Origin: Eledone cirrhosa
Lineage: Eukaryota
Reading direction: 5' to 3'
DNA length: 64,000 bases
NCBI GenBank assembly: GCA_964016885.1
Contig: OZ024742.1
Span: 9,238,001-9,302,000, forward strand
Both the position numbers and the translations under genes were made by a program. Positions 12,560 to 27,593 of this stretch are shown one piece after another; the first letter of the stretch is position 1; the number at the start of each line of letters is the position of its first letter. Under the pieces are notes generated by a model. It was not told the DNA's origin. It was given only the letters and a program-made list of their open reading frames with translations, and did no database searches.

Positions 12560-15500
12560 CTAAATATAGACGGTGCTGCAAAATGTTTTGGGCCAGTGGA
12601 CCCTACGACCTGAACGGGTCGTGGTCTTGTAACGTGGCGATGGTGGTGGTGTAGGGACAGGCGATGATGGTGGTTCAGGAACAGGCGTTCGCTCAACAGG
12701 CAAATACGAAGGGGTTCGTGGATCAGGAACCACAGCGTCCGTGTCAAGGTGCGCCTGCTTAAGCCTGTCTATTGTAACTGTCTCCCTGGACCCCTTAATA
12801 TCTAACGTGAAATGCTTAGCCGAGCGCGCTAAGACACGGTAAGGTCCAGTGTAAGGCTGTGTGAGCGGGGGCTTCACAGAATCTTTCCTTACAAAGACAT
12901 GCGTCAACGAGGCAATATCCCTCGGGACAGCAGTCTTGACAGTTTGTTTCCTAGTGTCCATTGGCGGCAAATCCTGGAAATAGGAGCGCAAACGGGACAC
13001 GTAGAAAGCGTGATCTTGGGCATCAAGATCGATAGGGGCAAGCATTTGCCCGGGCAACGTCAGAGGGGCACCGTACAGTACTTCGGCCGGTGAAAATCCA
13101 AAGTCGACCTTCACCGTTGACCGAATCCCTAGTAGCACAATAGGGAGGTACTCGCTCCAATGCGCCGAGTCCATTGAGGCCATTAAGGAGGCCTTCAGTT
13201 GTCGGTGAAAACGCTCCACCATACCATTCGAAGCGGGGTGGTACGCCGTAGTTCTAATGCGTTTAGCACCAATTAATTTTGACAGCTCGAGGAAAAGGCT
13301 CGACTCGAACTGTCGTCCACGGTCGGTAGTTATTGTGGATGGAACTCCATAACGAGAGATCCATCCAGACACAAGAGCACGTGCTGTTGTCTCCGTGGTG
13401 ATGTTTTTCAAGGGGATGGCTTCAGGCCATCTCGAAAAACGGTCAATGACAGTCAGCAGATAAAACAAACCATCGCTGACAGGCCAAGGTCCCACTATGT
13501 CAATATGAATATGTGAAAAACGCGCATCTGGATTAGCAAAGGTACCCAGGGGAGCCTTGACCTGTCGATGGACCTTTGATCTCTGGCAAGCGACGCAGGA
13601 ACGGCACCAAGCAGCAATTTCACGCCTCATATTTGGCCAGAAAAATCTAGCTGATATGAGCTTTGCTGTGGAAGAAGATCCTGGATGCGAGATACTATGT
13701 AATGCCAGAAACACGGTCCGACGATGATTCTCTGGAACGAAGGGCCTAGGCACGTCCAAAGAGACGTCGCAGAGGATTTGGCCAACTGCAGTCGACAGAG
13801 GCAAGTATTTCATCTCGCAATTCGCAAACTCAGGCGATGTAACATCCAATGACACAAGGGGAGGCTGATCCGCAGCCAAACGAGTCAGATCTATGTCAGA
13901 GGATGACGAGATCGCTGTCACGGGTAAGCGGGACAAAGCATCCGCCGCTGTATTTAGTGAACCCGGAATGTGCTGGATATCACTCGTATATTGCGAGATG
14001 AAATCAAGGTGTCTCGTCTCTCTGGGCCAGTATTAATCAGCCTTCGCTCTCAAAGCAAAAGTCAATGGTTTATTGTCAGTGAGGATAGTAAATTGTCTAC
14101 CCTCTAGCACATGTGAAAAATGTTTCACGGCCAAATAGATGGCTAAAAGCTCTCTTCCAAAGGTGCTGTAGCGCGTCTCAGCAGGTTTCAGCTTTCTGGA
14201 AAAAAAACCCAGCGGTTGCTGGTAACCATTGATGTTTTGCTGTAGTACTGCGCCCACAGCGATATCCGATGCATCAACACAAAGCGTTAGCTTTGCACCG
14301 GGTACCGGGTGAGTCAGTAACGAAGCATTAGCCAAAGCAGTCTTGGCGTGCTGAAAATCAGCAAGTTGAGTGTCTGTCAAAGAAATATCTTTGTTCTTCC
14401 TCCGACAATTTTTCAAAATTTCTGTCAGGGAGAAAAGCAATTTTGCACAATTTGGCACAAAACGCCTATAAAAGTTAATCAGACCTAAGAACTGGCGTAA
14501 CTGACGTAGTGAGGTCGGTGGAGGCAAATCCTCTATGACCTTAACTCGCTCAGGCCGGGGTCGAATACCGTCAGCATCGATGACGTGACCCAAGAAAGTC
14601 AGTGACTCAGCACCAAAAACACATTTGGGTGCATTAAGCTGCACGTTATACGCCTTCAATCGGCGGAAAAGAAGATTCAAATGGTGCGTATGTTGCTCTT
14701 GAGAAGAACTAGCAATGAGCAGGTCGTCAATGTAGGTATAGACGAAATCGAGGCCGCGAGTAACCTCATCCATAAACCGCTGAAAAGTACTAGCGGCATT
14801 CCTTAATCCGAATGGCATAGTCAAAAACTCGAATGACCCAAATAGCGTAACTATAGCCGTTTTTGGAATGTCATTTTTATGGACAGGCATTTGATGGTAC
14901 GCACGAATTAAATCCAGTTTGGAGAATATCTTGCACCCCTGCAACGAAGACGTAAAGTCTTGCAGATGAGGGGTAGGATAACGGTCCGGTACCGTTATCG
15001 AATTCAGGCGTCGATAATCTCCAGTAGGTCTCCAATCGCCATTCGCTTTCGGTACCATGTGTAATGGGGACACCCACGGGCTCGTGGACGGACGAATAAT
15101 CCCCATTTGCAGCATATGATCAAACTCTGATCGTGCTGCTTTGAGTTTGTCCGGAGGCAAGCGACGAGGACGAGAAAAAATGGGAGCACCAGTTGTAGAT
15201 ATGAAGTGCTCCGTGGTATGACTTGGTTCATCAACTCGAAAATTTCCCCGAGTCAGTTGCGGGAACGAGTTCAACAACGCATGATAAGGATCACCGGTGT
15301 TAGCAAGAAAAAATGTCGGGCTAACCGTTGGAACTCCTGCTGCCTTGCCAACAACAGTTAATCCAGTGATGCCATCAATTAGGCGTTTACGACGAAGGTC
15401 CACCGTCAATGAAAAATGGTGGAGAAAATCCGCGCCTAGAATCGGATACGGCAAGGCAGCGACAGTAAATATCCATTTAAACTCGCGCCGCAGATTACGA

Positions 15501-15742
15501 AACTGTAAAGATAACGAGATTTGTCCGAAAGTTCGAATCGGCGAACAATTTACTGCCTGCAACTCAATAGGTGTCTCAGGGGGAGTCTCCTTCATACAAC
15601 ACACAGTCCATACTGAACAAACTGCACCTGTGTCAACCAGAAAAGCTCTACCTGACAGCAGGTCCTCAATGAAAAAGTGGCGGTTAGATGTTGTTTCACA
15701 GAGCGCACTATCCGCCGTTAGTGACTCTGGTCGTCTTTTCCC
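12560..15742 (-). pseudogene. pol: Gypsy pol (protease, RT, RNase H, integrase) with in-frame stop at 14033-14035
   Basis: LVDTGA, YIDDLL, VDASD, RELLA, HHCC zinc finger, [18 protein letters not shown] motif. Confidence 0.92.
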
Positions 15743-16010
15743 TCGTAAGCACAAGGAGGCCTACAATGGGCGGCTTTTTTACCATATCTGTCATGGTAAT
15801 AACAATATGGTGTTTCTGGTGTGTTGGAAGGGCTACGGTGGCGAGGAGTTGAATAACGTCGTGAGCGGCTCCTCTGCCGTCCAAAAGACCTGAATTCCTG
15901 GCACAACTCCGCCATTTGACGAGTCATGGCTTCCATTATGGTGATTAATTTGTCATCAGACGCTGATGAGCGTGATTGAGGAAGAGAAGAGGAAGCAACG
16001 TACTTTGGCT
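15718..16010 (-). pseudogene. gag: Gypsy gag C-terminus with CHCC motif
   Basis: [18 protein letters not shown] preceded by an RS-rich segment. Confidence 0.85.
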
Positions 16011-17265
16011 TCGAAGTGTCATCTATTACCGCCTGACCGTCGTGCCTTGCCCAAGCGACAACGCTCACCAAAATGGAGCACGCACTCTTCCAATTCGTTG
16101 AAAGAAGCGGGCTCCTTTGGTGAGGAGATCCATCTGCTGTCAACACCCTTCGAAAGGAGGGCTGGGGTGGCCGTGGCTGCTGATGCGTAAACACGCATTA
16201 AGGCTACGGCACCTCCAAGTATTCCTCACCGGTCAGCCGGTGTCCCCGTTTGTGAGGCGAGCCTTTCCGAGACTCGTCTCGCTCACCGAGCTGCAGTCCT
16301 GGGTCAAGCAAAGACCGAGAAAACTGGGCGCCTGGCACACCGTGTGTGCCCAGGCGCTCACGGCTCTCTAGCAGGCGGACGCGACTATCGGTGGAGACTC
16401 CACCACGTCATTCTATAGAGGGCTGGTGGTTAGTAGGTGCGACGACGCCCTCTGACAAGCCCTAGGCATGGATGAAGACGAACTGGCCAGCCTATTCGGG
16501 AGGACATTTGGCCTGTGACCTATGGACAACTTCCAGAAGTCCCTGGCCTAGCAGTGCTACCGAGGGGCGTTGCTCGTTCGAGGAAAGCTCTACAGACACG
16601 GGCGCCCGAGTAGGGACCCCTCGAAATAATTCTGTCCCAGATGCGTGCGCGACGAGGAGACAGTTGCGTACGCATTGGTACACTGCTCGGGCGTTGCCGA
16701 TCTGTGGGGCTATGTCGAACGACTGCTGTCACGAGTGGGACCAATCCGGTTAACCACCGAGTCCATTGTAACGATCAAGCCGCCTCCCCCCTTCAAAAAT
16801 GAAGGAGAGGCGGTCTTCCTCTGTGTAGTAGCCATGGTGAAAGAGGTGATATGGTGGACACGTTTGAAATAGCTGAGGTCGGACACCTTTCTCTTCGGCC
16901 AACAACTGGTCCTTTTCTTTAAATATCATTTTAAGAGAAGGATAAGAATGGAGAGAGAGGTGCTCTACCCCAGCAAGTTTTATGAAAGGTGGGTGAAAGT
17001 AGCGAGAATGACCCGTGTGAATGGGCCTTCTCTCTTTATCAGCCTGTAGGTGGAAAGGTGGAAGTTGAAAGGAGCACCCCCTCTCTGTGCTCCTAAGGAA
17101 AAGGATTTCACACTTTTTCGGTGGTGTGTGTAACCCCCAAAACGCCTCCTCCCTATTGAGGACTGTATTGTTAATTTTATATTTGTTATTTGATTTTTAC
17201 TCGTTCATTTATGTAAACTCCCCCACCCCCCTTGTATTTGTCCCCTTCTTTTGTGCCCTCGTAGA
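16010..17265 (+). mobile_element. L1/Tx1-clade LINE, 3' fragment
   Basis: VRRSICCQHPSKGGLG and CPRC..EETVAYALVHC knuckle of ORF2, frameshifted; T-rich 3' UTR. Confidence 0.75.
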
Positions 17266-17554
17266 CAATTATGTATCTATCTATCTCTATCATGCAATGC
17301 CTGTACATGAAGATATTTTTTAAAGTGAGGAAAGACTGAGCACTGAGCCAATCCCACTCTCTGAGCGACAGTGGCTATAACCCCCAAAAAAGAAAAGATC
17401 AACATCATCGGTAACTACTGTGCTGCAGATTTTATATCGGAGTTATCCCAGTTTCCTGAGTTGCCTTCTCCTAGAAAAATTCCCTGACAAAAGCTAGGGG
17501 TCCTTCACTCACAGTAGTTTAACCGCACGGTACATGTGTATATACATATTTACA

Positions 17555-17745
17555 CACCTTTGGATGGCCGTTGACTCTTATGAGTTCTTCCGCCCTTTGT
17601 CAGATTTTGTTTTTTTACCTGCAGGAGGTTCAAAATCCCCCTCCTCACCAAGTAAACTTGGTGGGTGTGCCGGTTTAGTCACCGACGACCCGAACATGCG
17701 ACAGGTTGTACTGGGTTACATGTTACAAGTAGCACTAAAGAATGA
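17555..17745 (-). mobile_element. RTE-like 5' UTR fragment, same family as 35060-36298
   Basis: Reverse complement aligns to 35075-35260. Confidence 0.6.
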
Positions 17746-17984
17746 ACCGACATATATATATATATATACACATCCATACATACATACCTACATACATGCC
17801 ATACATACTTACATATATACATATATATATATATATATGTATATACACCCATACATGCATACATACATACATACATGCCATACATATATACATATATATA
17901 TATACATACGTACATACATACATGCCATACATATATATACATACATACAAATATACATACATATATAAATACATATATTATATA

Positions 17985-18745
17985 TAGAGTTATAAACTCA
18001 AATAGTCTTTTACAATTAAATAGCTCAAAGAAAGGGATATTTCTGAGCCGTGTAATACAAATGAATATATGATAGGGATAAACACTGATACAAGTATATA
18101 AGTTTTTGTATTGTAAATGACCAAGTTAGCTAGATTGAAAAATACTAGTTAAAATAATACAGTTTGCCTGTCTCGATTTAAAATAATAAATCAATAAAAA
18201 TAAACCTATATTGGCAATACCTGAACAAATTTAAATTTCAAATTTTAAATTTGTTTCGCAACAATTAAGTGAAATTTCTTATTTCTGTGCTCTTCTGCAG
18301 GTATCCATAAATTGGTAAGTTTCACTTCAAAATACTTAGAAAGACTGAGAGAAATGTGTTGTTGAACGCACATGTGACCCAGCGTCTAGCCTGTCCGATA
18401 CTCGTGCTGCTAGAAATAGCAGCCGGTTTTATGGGACTAAAAAATTATCTCAACGCATGGAGCCGAGAATATTATATATATAGTTATAAACTCAAATAGT
18501 CTTTTACAATTAAATAGCTCAAAGAAAGGAATATTTCTGAGCCGTGTAATACAAATGAATATATGATAGGGATAAACACTAATACAAGTATATAAGTTTT
18601 TGTATTGCAAATGACCAAGTTAGCTAGATTGAAAAATACTAGTTAAAATAATACAGTTTTCAATCTAGCTAACTTGGTCATTTGCAATACAAACACTTAT
18701 ATACTTGTATTAGTGTTTATCCCTATCATGTATTCATTTGTATAT
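17985..18745. repeat. Partial tandem duplication (about 17985-18165 / 18480-18660) followed by an inverted copy (about 18658-18745)
   Basis: Direct reading. Confidence 0.8.
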
Positions 18746-19182
18746 ATATATATACAATTCAAGATAAACATAAGACAGGGACAGCTAGATAAGAAGTGAA
18801 ATGTTCTAGAGGTTTCTACGATGGCACATTACAGATGAACGCTGATCGAAAAGATTGCAGTGTTTGATCTACATATCTAGAAATCTATAGGGGCCAGCCC
18901 TGCCATTGTTAAGATCATCCCATTGTTAGGTGGAAACACTATCTCTATTGTTTCCTGACATCTACGTTAGTATAGATGACCTAAACATGATCCTTAGGGA
19001 CTTAGATGAGGTGTAGATTTCCCTGCATTGTTAACGCCATCAGAAGTAATAATAAATATTTCCCAAGAATATATTCATATATGCATATACTACAATTGAA
19101 TATATATGTCTCTATGTGTGTATATAAGTCTTTCACTGTGTGTCAGGTTTTCTGTGTATAAATGTATGAATCTATGTACGTA

Positions 19183-19227
<45 letters not shown>

Positions 19228-19256
19228 GTATATATATATATATGTATATATATATG

Positions 19257-19357
<101 letters not shown>

Positions 19358-19397
19358 GTATATATATATATATGTATATATATATATGTATATATAT

Positions 19398-19449
<52 letters not shown>

Positions 19450-19605
19450 GTATATATATATATATATAGCGAGAGAGAGAGTGACACACGCATACATATA
19501 TATGTGCGTATGTGTGTGATGAGTATATGTATATATGTATTGTATGTCAATTCTAACCTTAACTCTCCGTTAATCTATCTATGTATCTCTCGCCTCCCCC
19601 CCCCC

Positions 19606-19678
<73 letters not shown>

Positions 19679-20059
19679 CACACGTAATTAATTAACGATG
19701 CAGTATGTGAAGAATGTGAAACTTCATTGTTATATTAAAGGCATACTTAATATACGATTTCAACTTATTCATTAACTGTTGTGTGAGCATCATGAATTCA
19801 TTGATTTAATTAAGAAACTTTCCAACGGATCAACTATCATGAAAATTAAACTGAACAGTTTAACTGAGTGGTATTATATGTTGACAATAATTAACTGTAG
19901 GTGGCGAATTGGTTGAGTTGTTAGGACGTCGCAATAGTTTGGACTATTAATTTCGTCTCTCTGTTCTCTGAGTTCAAATCCCACCAAAGGTCAACTTAGC
20001 CTTTCATACTTTCGACATCGATAAGAACAGTACCAGACTAGAATTGGGTTCGATGTTCC

Positions 20060-20338
20060 ATCTATATCTCTTTCTCTCACTCCCTCTATATCTCTTTCTC
20101 TCTTCCTTTCTCTCACTCCCTCTATATCTCTTTCTCTCTTCCTTTCTCTCACTCCCTCAATATCTCTTTCTCTCTTCCTTTCTCTCACTCCCTCTATATC
20201 TCTTTCTCTCTTCCTTTCTCTCACTCCATCTATATATCTTTCTCTCTTCCTTTCTCTCACTCCCTCTATATCTCTTTCTCTCTTCTTTTCTCTCACTCCC
20301 TCTATATCTCTTTGTCTCTTCCTTTACCTCACTCCCTC
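20060..20338. repeat. 36-bp CT-rich minisatellite
   Basis: TCTCTCACTCCCTCTATATCTCTTTCTCTCTTCCTT repeated about 7 times. Confidence 0.9.
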
Positions 20339-20344
20339 CATTCT

Positions 20345-20640
20345 TCCCTGGAAGAAATCTGCAGTATTTAGACCTGATTCCAATACTGAATTGAAGATAG
20401 TGAGTTTCACCTTTACACTGAATTCCCTTCTTCTGAATAAAAATGAAAGCTGCGAAGATATCGACATTCGTCCTCTGAAGTATATTCTACATGTGAGTGG
20501 TGATTTACTGAAGCAGGTGGAGAGATTCAAACAGTTCCAGGTCACGTTCACAAATGATGGAAGGAAGGCATCTAAATACAATGGAAGAATTGCTGTAGCT
20601 GGGGCAGTGCTACTCCGGCTTCAGCATTCCTTCATCATGC
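20345..20640 (+). mobile_element. Decayed RTE-like RT fragment
   Basis: QVERFK...FTNDG...RIAVA resembles the RTE thumb region. Confidence 0.45.
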
Positions 20641-20947
20641 GGTGTACGTGTCGTTCCAATTGCCAGGCTTGTCAGACACTGTGTCACACTGAATTCCTGT
20701 AAGAACTGATTGAATTCCACACGTCTTTGTCAAATGCCCAACCATTTCAACGTTAATTTCATGAAGAGCCTGAGCCCTTGTCCGACCAACTGGAGCATTC
20801 ATCGTTGGAAACGACGGAGTCCCAACAACAACTCTGTGTTGTATATGCTCTATGTGTGTATATTTATATCTCGTATGTGTGTATGCATGTATATAAATAC
20901 GTACGTATGTATGTAATTATATGCCCATATGTGTATATAAATGTGTG

Positions 20948-20984
<37 letters not shown>

Positions 20985-21028
20985 GCGTATATATATATAT
21001 ATATATGTGTGTGTATGTGTGTGTATGT

Positions 21029-21079
<51 letters not shown>

Positions 21080-21771
21080 AGTCTGTGTATGTATTTGTGT
21101 ATTTCTTTAGCAATACATGAAGAAAAATCAACAAAAATCAAAACAAAAATGTCTGCAGTTTCTAATACAATAATCTGAGTTTATTGAGTTGCTAAATGCT
21201 AGAAATATATCCCATGGCCTGTGGGAATTGCTCTTTTCCCACACTTCAAATAAAACTTAAGTACACAGCATCCCTAACCACTTGTACACATAGCCCCTTC
21301 GACAGGTAAACGACACACAACACAGAGCAACAGGTACATAGTCACACACATATATATATATATATATATACAAGGAAGATTAAAGAGAGTAAGACCCACC
21401 CCGAAATATCTGATGTTGTGGCGTTCAGCATTCGCCTTTACGAAGACTATTAATTAATTTACTTTGAATTAATAAATATAAATTCATATATACGTACATA
21501 CATAAAGTTTTATATACGTTTTGCACACACAAGCACATACATACAGACAAATGAGTGCACACAAACACATACATACAGACAAATGTGTGCACACAAACAC
21601 ATACATACAGACAAATGTGTGCACACAAACACATACATACAGACAAATGAACGCACACAAACACAAACATACAGACAAATGAACGCATACACGCACATAC
21701 ACAGGGGTATAGAGACACAAATATACATCTATCTATCTCTAAATATCTATCAATCTCACCACCCTCTCTCT

Positions 21772-21810
<39 letters not shown>

Positions 21811-22382
21811 TATATTTATATATATATATGGATATGTACATACACAAAACACATGTATATATATATACAATATATATAAGTGTGTGTATGTATATATGCA
21901 TATATATATAATACATATACATTTGTGTCTGTGTATGTGAGTGTTCTTATGTATATATAGAAAATAAAGTAAAATATAAATATATTAACGTATATTTATA
22001 TATATGTCTTGATAGAAATAGTAACTCTTACACAGAAAACTTCCATCAAATCTCAGAACAATGAAAAACGAAAGAAATATAATGACGCACAATTCAAATT
22101 GTATATTAGGAAAACAAAAATACAAAAACCATTGAAAAAACACACACATAAACAATGAGAAAAAACATCTATGAAGTATCAGACGTATTGAAAACGTAAA
22201 CATTGAAAATAGTGTCTCTTTTGATGTCAGTCTGGTTGTGAAAAGTTGTCTTGTATCGATGTTTACACATCGTTTTTACCTCGTCTCTCGTGGGTCGCTA
22301 GCAGAATTGTTAGAAAGTACTACCATCGTGAGGAATACTGTGTTAATAAGATTATATTATGTGGACAAAACTATACACATAC

Positions 22383-22507
<125 letters not shown>

Positions 22508-22879
22508 CTGTCACCCCCGCTCATTCTCCCACGCACACACACGAACATATGTATGTGTGTTTCGTAACATTTTTTAAATACATACACACATACACATACA
22601 TATATATATATATATATAGACAGTCATATAAATATATATATGTATGCGTGTATGCGTATGCCTCAGTGTGTGAATACGTGAGTCTATATATATATATATA
22701 TATATATATATTGAGAGAGAGAGGGAGAGAGTGAGGGAGAACTATAGATCGATGGAAATATTGATAGAAGTAGACATAATTTAACGAAAAAGAGACAAAA
22801 AAAAGACGGAAGGTATTGAAATCGGTAAAGTGATTAGACATAATGTGAAATAGTACATAGAGAGAATGGTGGGTGATAT

Positions 22880-22959
<80 letters not shown>

Positions 22960-23052
22960 CGAAGGAAATGTGGTAAGGAACCAGGCGGACCATAACGCAC
23001 CAAAGTACTCAATACTTGAGGTAGTAGAGCACTTTCCGACCCTACCACGCCG

Positions 23053-23086
<34 letters not shown>

Positions 23087-23197
23087 GTTGAATGTTGTTA
23101 GATACAGTACTACATGTATATACATATATAGAGAGAGAATGTTGTCTGATAGAGTACTATATATATATTTATATATATATATATATATATAGATATA

Positions 23198-23256
<59 letters not shown>

Positions 23257-23274
23257 GTATATATATATGTATAC

Positions 23275-23815
<541 letters not shown>

Positions 23816-23822
23816 GTATATA

Positions 23823-23878
<56 letters not shown>

Positions 23879-24199
23879 TATATATATATATATATAATTC
23901 ACATGAATCAAAGTTCTCTTCAAACCATTTATTAGCTTACAATTGTTGCATCCAAACCGAGGTTTTGAGTCTTCGGAGCATTTTTCAATGTTTGTTTACA
24001 TACATGACCTCCTTTCCAACGCAAGAGACATACAGATACATATGTATATATTGATGCACAGTGGGGTGACATCCATTATATTATTTCTGAATGGCAATTT
24101 AAATTCAAAAATTAAAATCATATTAAAACAGAATCAAAGCAAAATTAAAATTAAAATACAACATCGGCAGTTAACGTAGATAATGCAAGAGGATAGTTT

Positions 24200-25620
24200 G
24201 TTAGTCAGTTGTAGTAGTTATTGCATGCAATAGTTACACGTGGGGCATGCACGTGTGTCTTATTTATATATGATTATTGTGCGGCAAGGTGTTATATCAA
24301 TACAAGCACTTTAAGCGGGTAATCAAGAGTATTATGGAGGTTGTAGTGGCAAGGTATGTTTTGTGTATGATAAAGAAGCTTGTGTGCAGAGAAATATTAC
24401 AAATGAGAAGCAAAATGATGTTATGGTTTTTGTATACACCACCATTTTCACAATTCAGGAAACGTAATATATAGTTTATATGTCCTTCACATAATTAACG
24501 ATGATTCCGTATGGGATGTTTGATGTATTAAGTTAAATTATTATAGCTTGTTGCGGCTCAGTGTTCTTTAATCCAATTTTATAGAGCAGGTTGTTTCTGT
24601 TGCGAGAATTTACATCGTTTTATTTTCCGGAAGTATGTGTGTGATTAAGGGGAGTTAATGCGTGATGGGAGGTAACAAGCTGATTTCTATAACTAAATTT
24701 ATTATTCCAACATACATTACAAGGTGTCTCAATTATATATACGGTTATATACAGTTTCCAAATTTAAGTATCATATCTTTAAATTACAGTCTACTCTATC
24801 AAGAAGTACTAAAGATATTAGGATGATTACTCCCTATCATAGAGTGCTACAACTGAATATTCCATACGAAGAGTCAGATCTCCATATCAAAGTTCTTTGT
24901 AGATGTAGTCTACTCACAGAACCTGACAGGGTCTTATTAGAACCACGTCTATATATAACCCCTGGTAAGCTCTGGGTCAGCGTATGGCTGATTGCATGGC
25001 AAAGTTAAATATCTCTAGGGTAGACCAAAAAACAATTCCCACTTACAATGTCATTAATCTGTCTATCAAGTTATACATGTATGTATAACTCACATACCAC
25101 TTGTACATAATTCATTGTACTCAACATATAGGTTATACAGCTCTTTTATGTTAATAAATTAATCTTCTATTTATCTAATGATAACACTTCATACATACAA
25201 CAACATTTGGACAAATAATTCATTGCTGAATTCGGTGTTTAAAGTTTACATATAATTATATAATGATATAATGCAGTCTAAGTAATTGAAAGTAATTATA
25301 CTAAAAGCAGGTGTACATGGGGATATTTCTAGGGTAAAAGGTTTTAGATAGATGTCACGAATTGTGTTAAGATAGGGTGGATCATTGAGTGTGGAGTTGT
25401 GGTGTAAGGTGTGGCCTTGAGGTGTGTTGCTAGAAATGGTGATGGGTTCAAGTCTGACATTGCTATATATTGGGTTTAAAGTTTTGGAAGGAGTGTCGGA
25501 AGCGGTGCTGGCATGACGCGAACACTTCTGATTTTTTATTAAGGAGGTTATGCTTTGAGAAAATAATAGTATGGGTCTCTAGTAGACAGAGGTTACAAAA
25601 TTATATAACTTCTATATAAC
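24200..25620 (-). mobile_element. Highly decayed PLE-like coding relic; related copy at about 50750-52075
   Basis: Shared TGTGTG.TAAGGGGAGTTAATGC..GGGAGGTAAC block; remnants of LCE..C.H motifs on the minus strand. Confidence 0.45.
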
Positions 25621-25740
25621 TGCTCGGTAGAACAACTGATGTTATTAAATATATATAACTATAAAAAGAGCGGAGCAAGCGGTTATCAAACAATTTTCTA
25701 AATAAATTAAAAAACAATTTAAATAATCACCTGTTTTGTT

Positions 25741-25820
25741 GCTGTTACCGACGGTTTCACCATTCCAAAAATTGGAAATCCAGAGAATTTCCAATGGAAA
25801 GAAATGGATCTTCAGACAGC
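25741..25820 (-). ncRNA. Type I hammerhead ribozyme
   Basis: Minus strand GCTGT CTGAAGA tccatt...TTGGAAAT-loop-ATTTCCAA...aatggt GAAAC CGTCG GTA ACAGC. Confidence 0.85.
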
Positions 25821-25985
25821 TTATTTCCATACTATAAGGTTGCCAACCCTACAGCAAGTAAATATTTCGCTTCCTGCCCAACGCATGTGGTCAAGCCGTT
25901 TTAAAATGACATACACGCAAAATCAGGTCGCAGATAATAGCTGTTTATTATAAACGTGTTGATATTGACACTAAAATTAGCAGCA

Positions 25986-26128
25986 TATTCAACGTTTTGT
26001 TCTCTACATAATGAGAAAAATTATAAAAGTGGATGAATACTTCAACAGGCACTAAGTACTTGTAGAAATATGCAATGTGTTTATATATATATATATATAC
26101 ACATATGTATATATATATATATATGTTA

Positions 26129-26214
<86 letters not shown>

Positions 26215-26355
26215 TAACATATATATATATACATATGTGTATATATATATATATATATAAACACATTGCATATTTCTACAAGTACTTAGTGCCTGTTGAA
26301 GTATTCATCCACTTTTATAGTTTTTCTCATTATGTAGAGAACAAAACGTTGAATA
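25986..26355. repeat. Palindrome centred on a (TA)n tract
   Basis: About 95-bp unique arms are near-perfect reverse complements. Confidence 0.9.
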
Positions 26356-26379
26356 ATGCTATATATATATATACATATG

Positions 26380-26467
<88 letters not shown>

Positions 26468-26472
<5 letters not shown>

Positions 26473-27030
26473 CGTAAAATAAGAAAATTTAAAAAGAAAT
26501 TTAAAAAAATTAACTTACTTACTAAAATTTTCACTCCAACTAATTAGTTTCTGCAATGGGATAAAGACAGTTACGTAATGAACTGTTGAGAATTTCATTG
26601 CGTCATCAGGGAGGTCTATTCTTAGCTAAGTCTCCAGGCAATGCGCGGACACTGGGGACTCATATAAAAATAATAATAATTCGGTAAATGGAACAGCTAT
26701 CGGGGACTGGATTCCAAGCACTGAAAATCTCGCTGTCACTGGTCAAATGGCCAATTCTAAAGAATCAATCACGTGACACTGATAGCTGTTCCATTTACCG
26801 AATTATTATTATTTTTATATGAGTCCCCAGTGTCCGCGCATTGCCTGGAGACTTAGCTGAGAATAGACCTCCCTGATGACGCAATGAAATTTTCTTATTT
26901 TACGTCTTTTATATTATTGTTCTGCATCCTCCTGCATTGAACCACCTAGGTACTATGACATAACCTGTGTATTTGCTGGCATTAGCGTACATCTGTGCGC
27001 ATATGTTAGTAGATATATTAAATTATCTCT
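26468..27030. mobile_element. Foldback element with decayed HHR
   Basis: About 26592-26701 inverted against about 26781-26892; CTGATGA-CGCAATGAA..TTCATTAC-GTAAC; tail ATTGAACCAC. Confidence 0.6.
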
Positions 27031-27031
27031 C

Positions 27032-27066
<35 letters not shown>

Positions 27067-27088
27067 GTATATACATATATATATATAT

Positions 27089-27295
27089 ACAAGGTTTAGT
27101 AAATAATGAAAAAGTTTCAAAATAAATTTTAAAAAATTGACTTTACCTACTATAGTTACCTTTACCGATCGGTTTCGAATCCCAAAAATAAAACGTAGGC
27201 CATACGGCCTTCGTTGCAAAGAGAGATTCTCGTCAGAAGGTTCTTTTCATTCAAAGAATATAAAATTCCTGAATTTAAATCACAAACTAGCGCTA
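27089..27295 (-). mobile_element. 5' inverted partial copy of the 483-bp unit, including an HHR at 27158-27241
   Basis: Reverse complement of 27456-27662. Confidence 0.92.
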
Positions 27296-27509
27296 CTACT
27301 ACCTCCACAAACGTTGAGAACAAACCGGGTCATTCCGACTGCTGCTGATAACAGCGGTGGCTAGTTTGACCTACCTCCTTTTGCCTCTATCTTAACTACG
27401 GCCCTTGATAAACCTGTTCTACATCATCCACTCTCATCCCAGGAACAGTCTTTGATAGCGCTAGTTTGTGATTTAAATTCAGGAATTTTATATTCTTTGA
27501 ATGAAAAGA

Positions 27510-27593
27510 ACCTTCTGACGAGAATCTCTCTTTGCAACGAAGGCCGTATGGCCTACGTTTTATTTTTGGGATTCGAAACTGATCGGTAAAGGT
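27510..27593 (+). ncRNA. Hammerhead ribozyme, unit 1
   Basis: ACCTT CTGACGA GAATCTC...GGGATTC GAAAC TGATCG GTA AAGGT. Confidence 0.88.

Larger units (their letters stand above)
12124..16010 (-). mobile_element. Ty3/Gypsy LTR retrotransposon, CsRn1-like, 5'-truncated
   Basis: gag end-PR-RT-RH-IN order; putative 3' LTR about 12124-12420 with AATAAA on the minus strand (LTR edge uncertain). Confidence 0.88.

Noticed and set aside
18282-18320. 14-nt micro-exon (TTCTGCAG...GTAAGT)
   Set aside because: Lies inside a repeat and no other exons of a host gene can be supported
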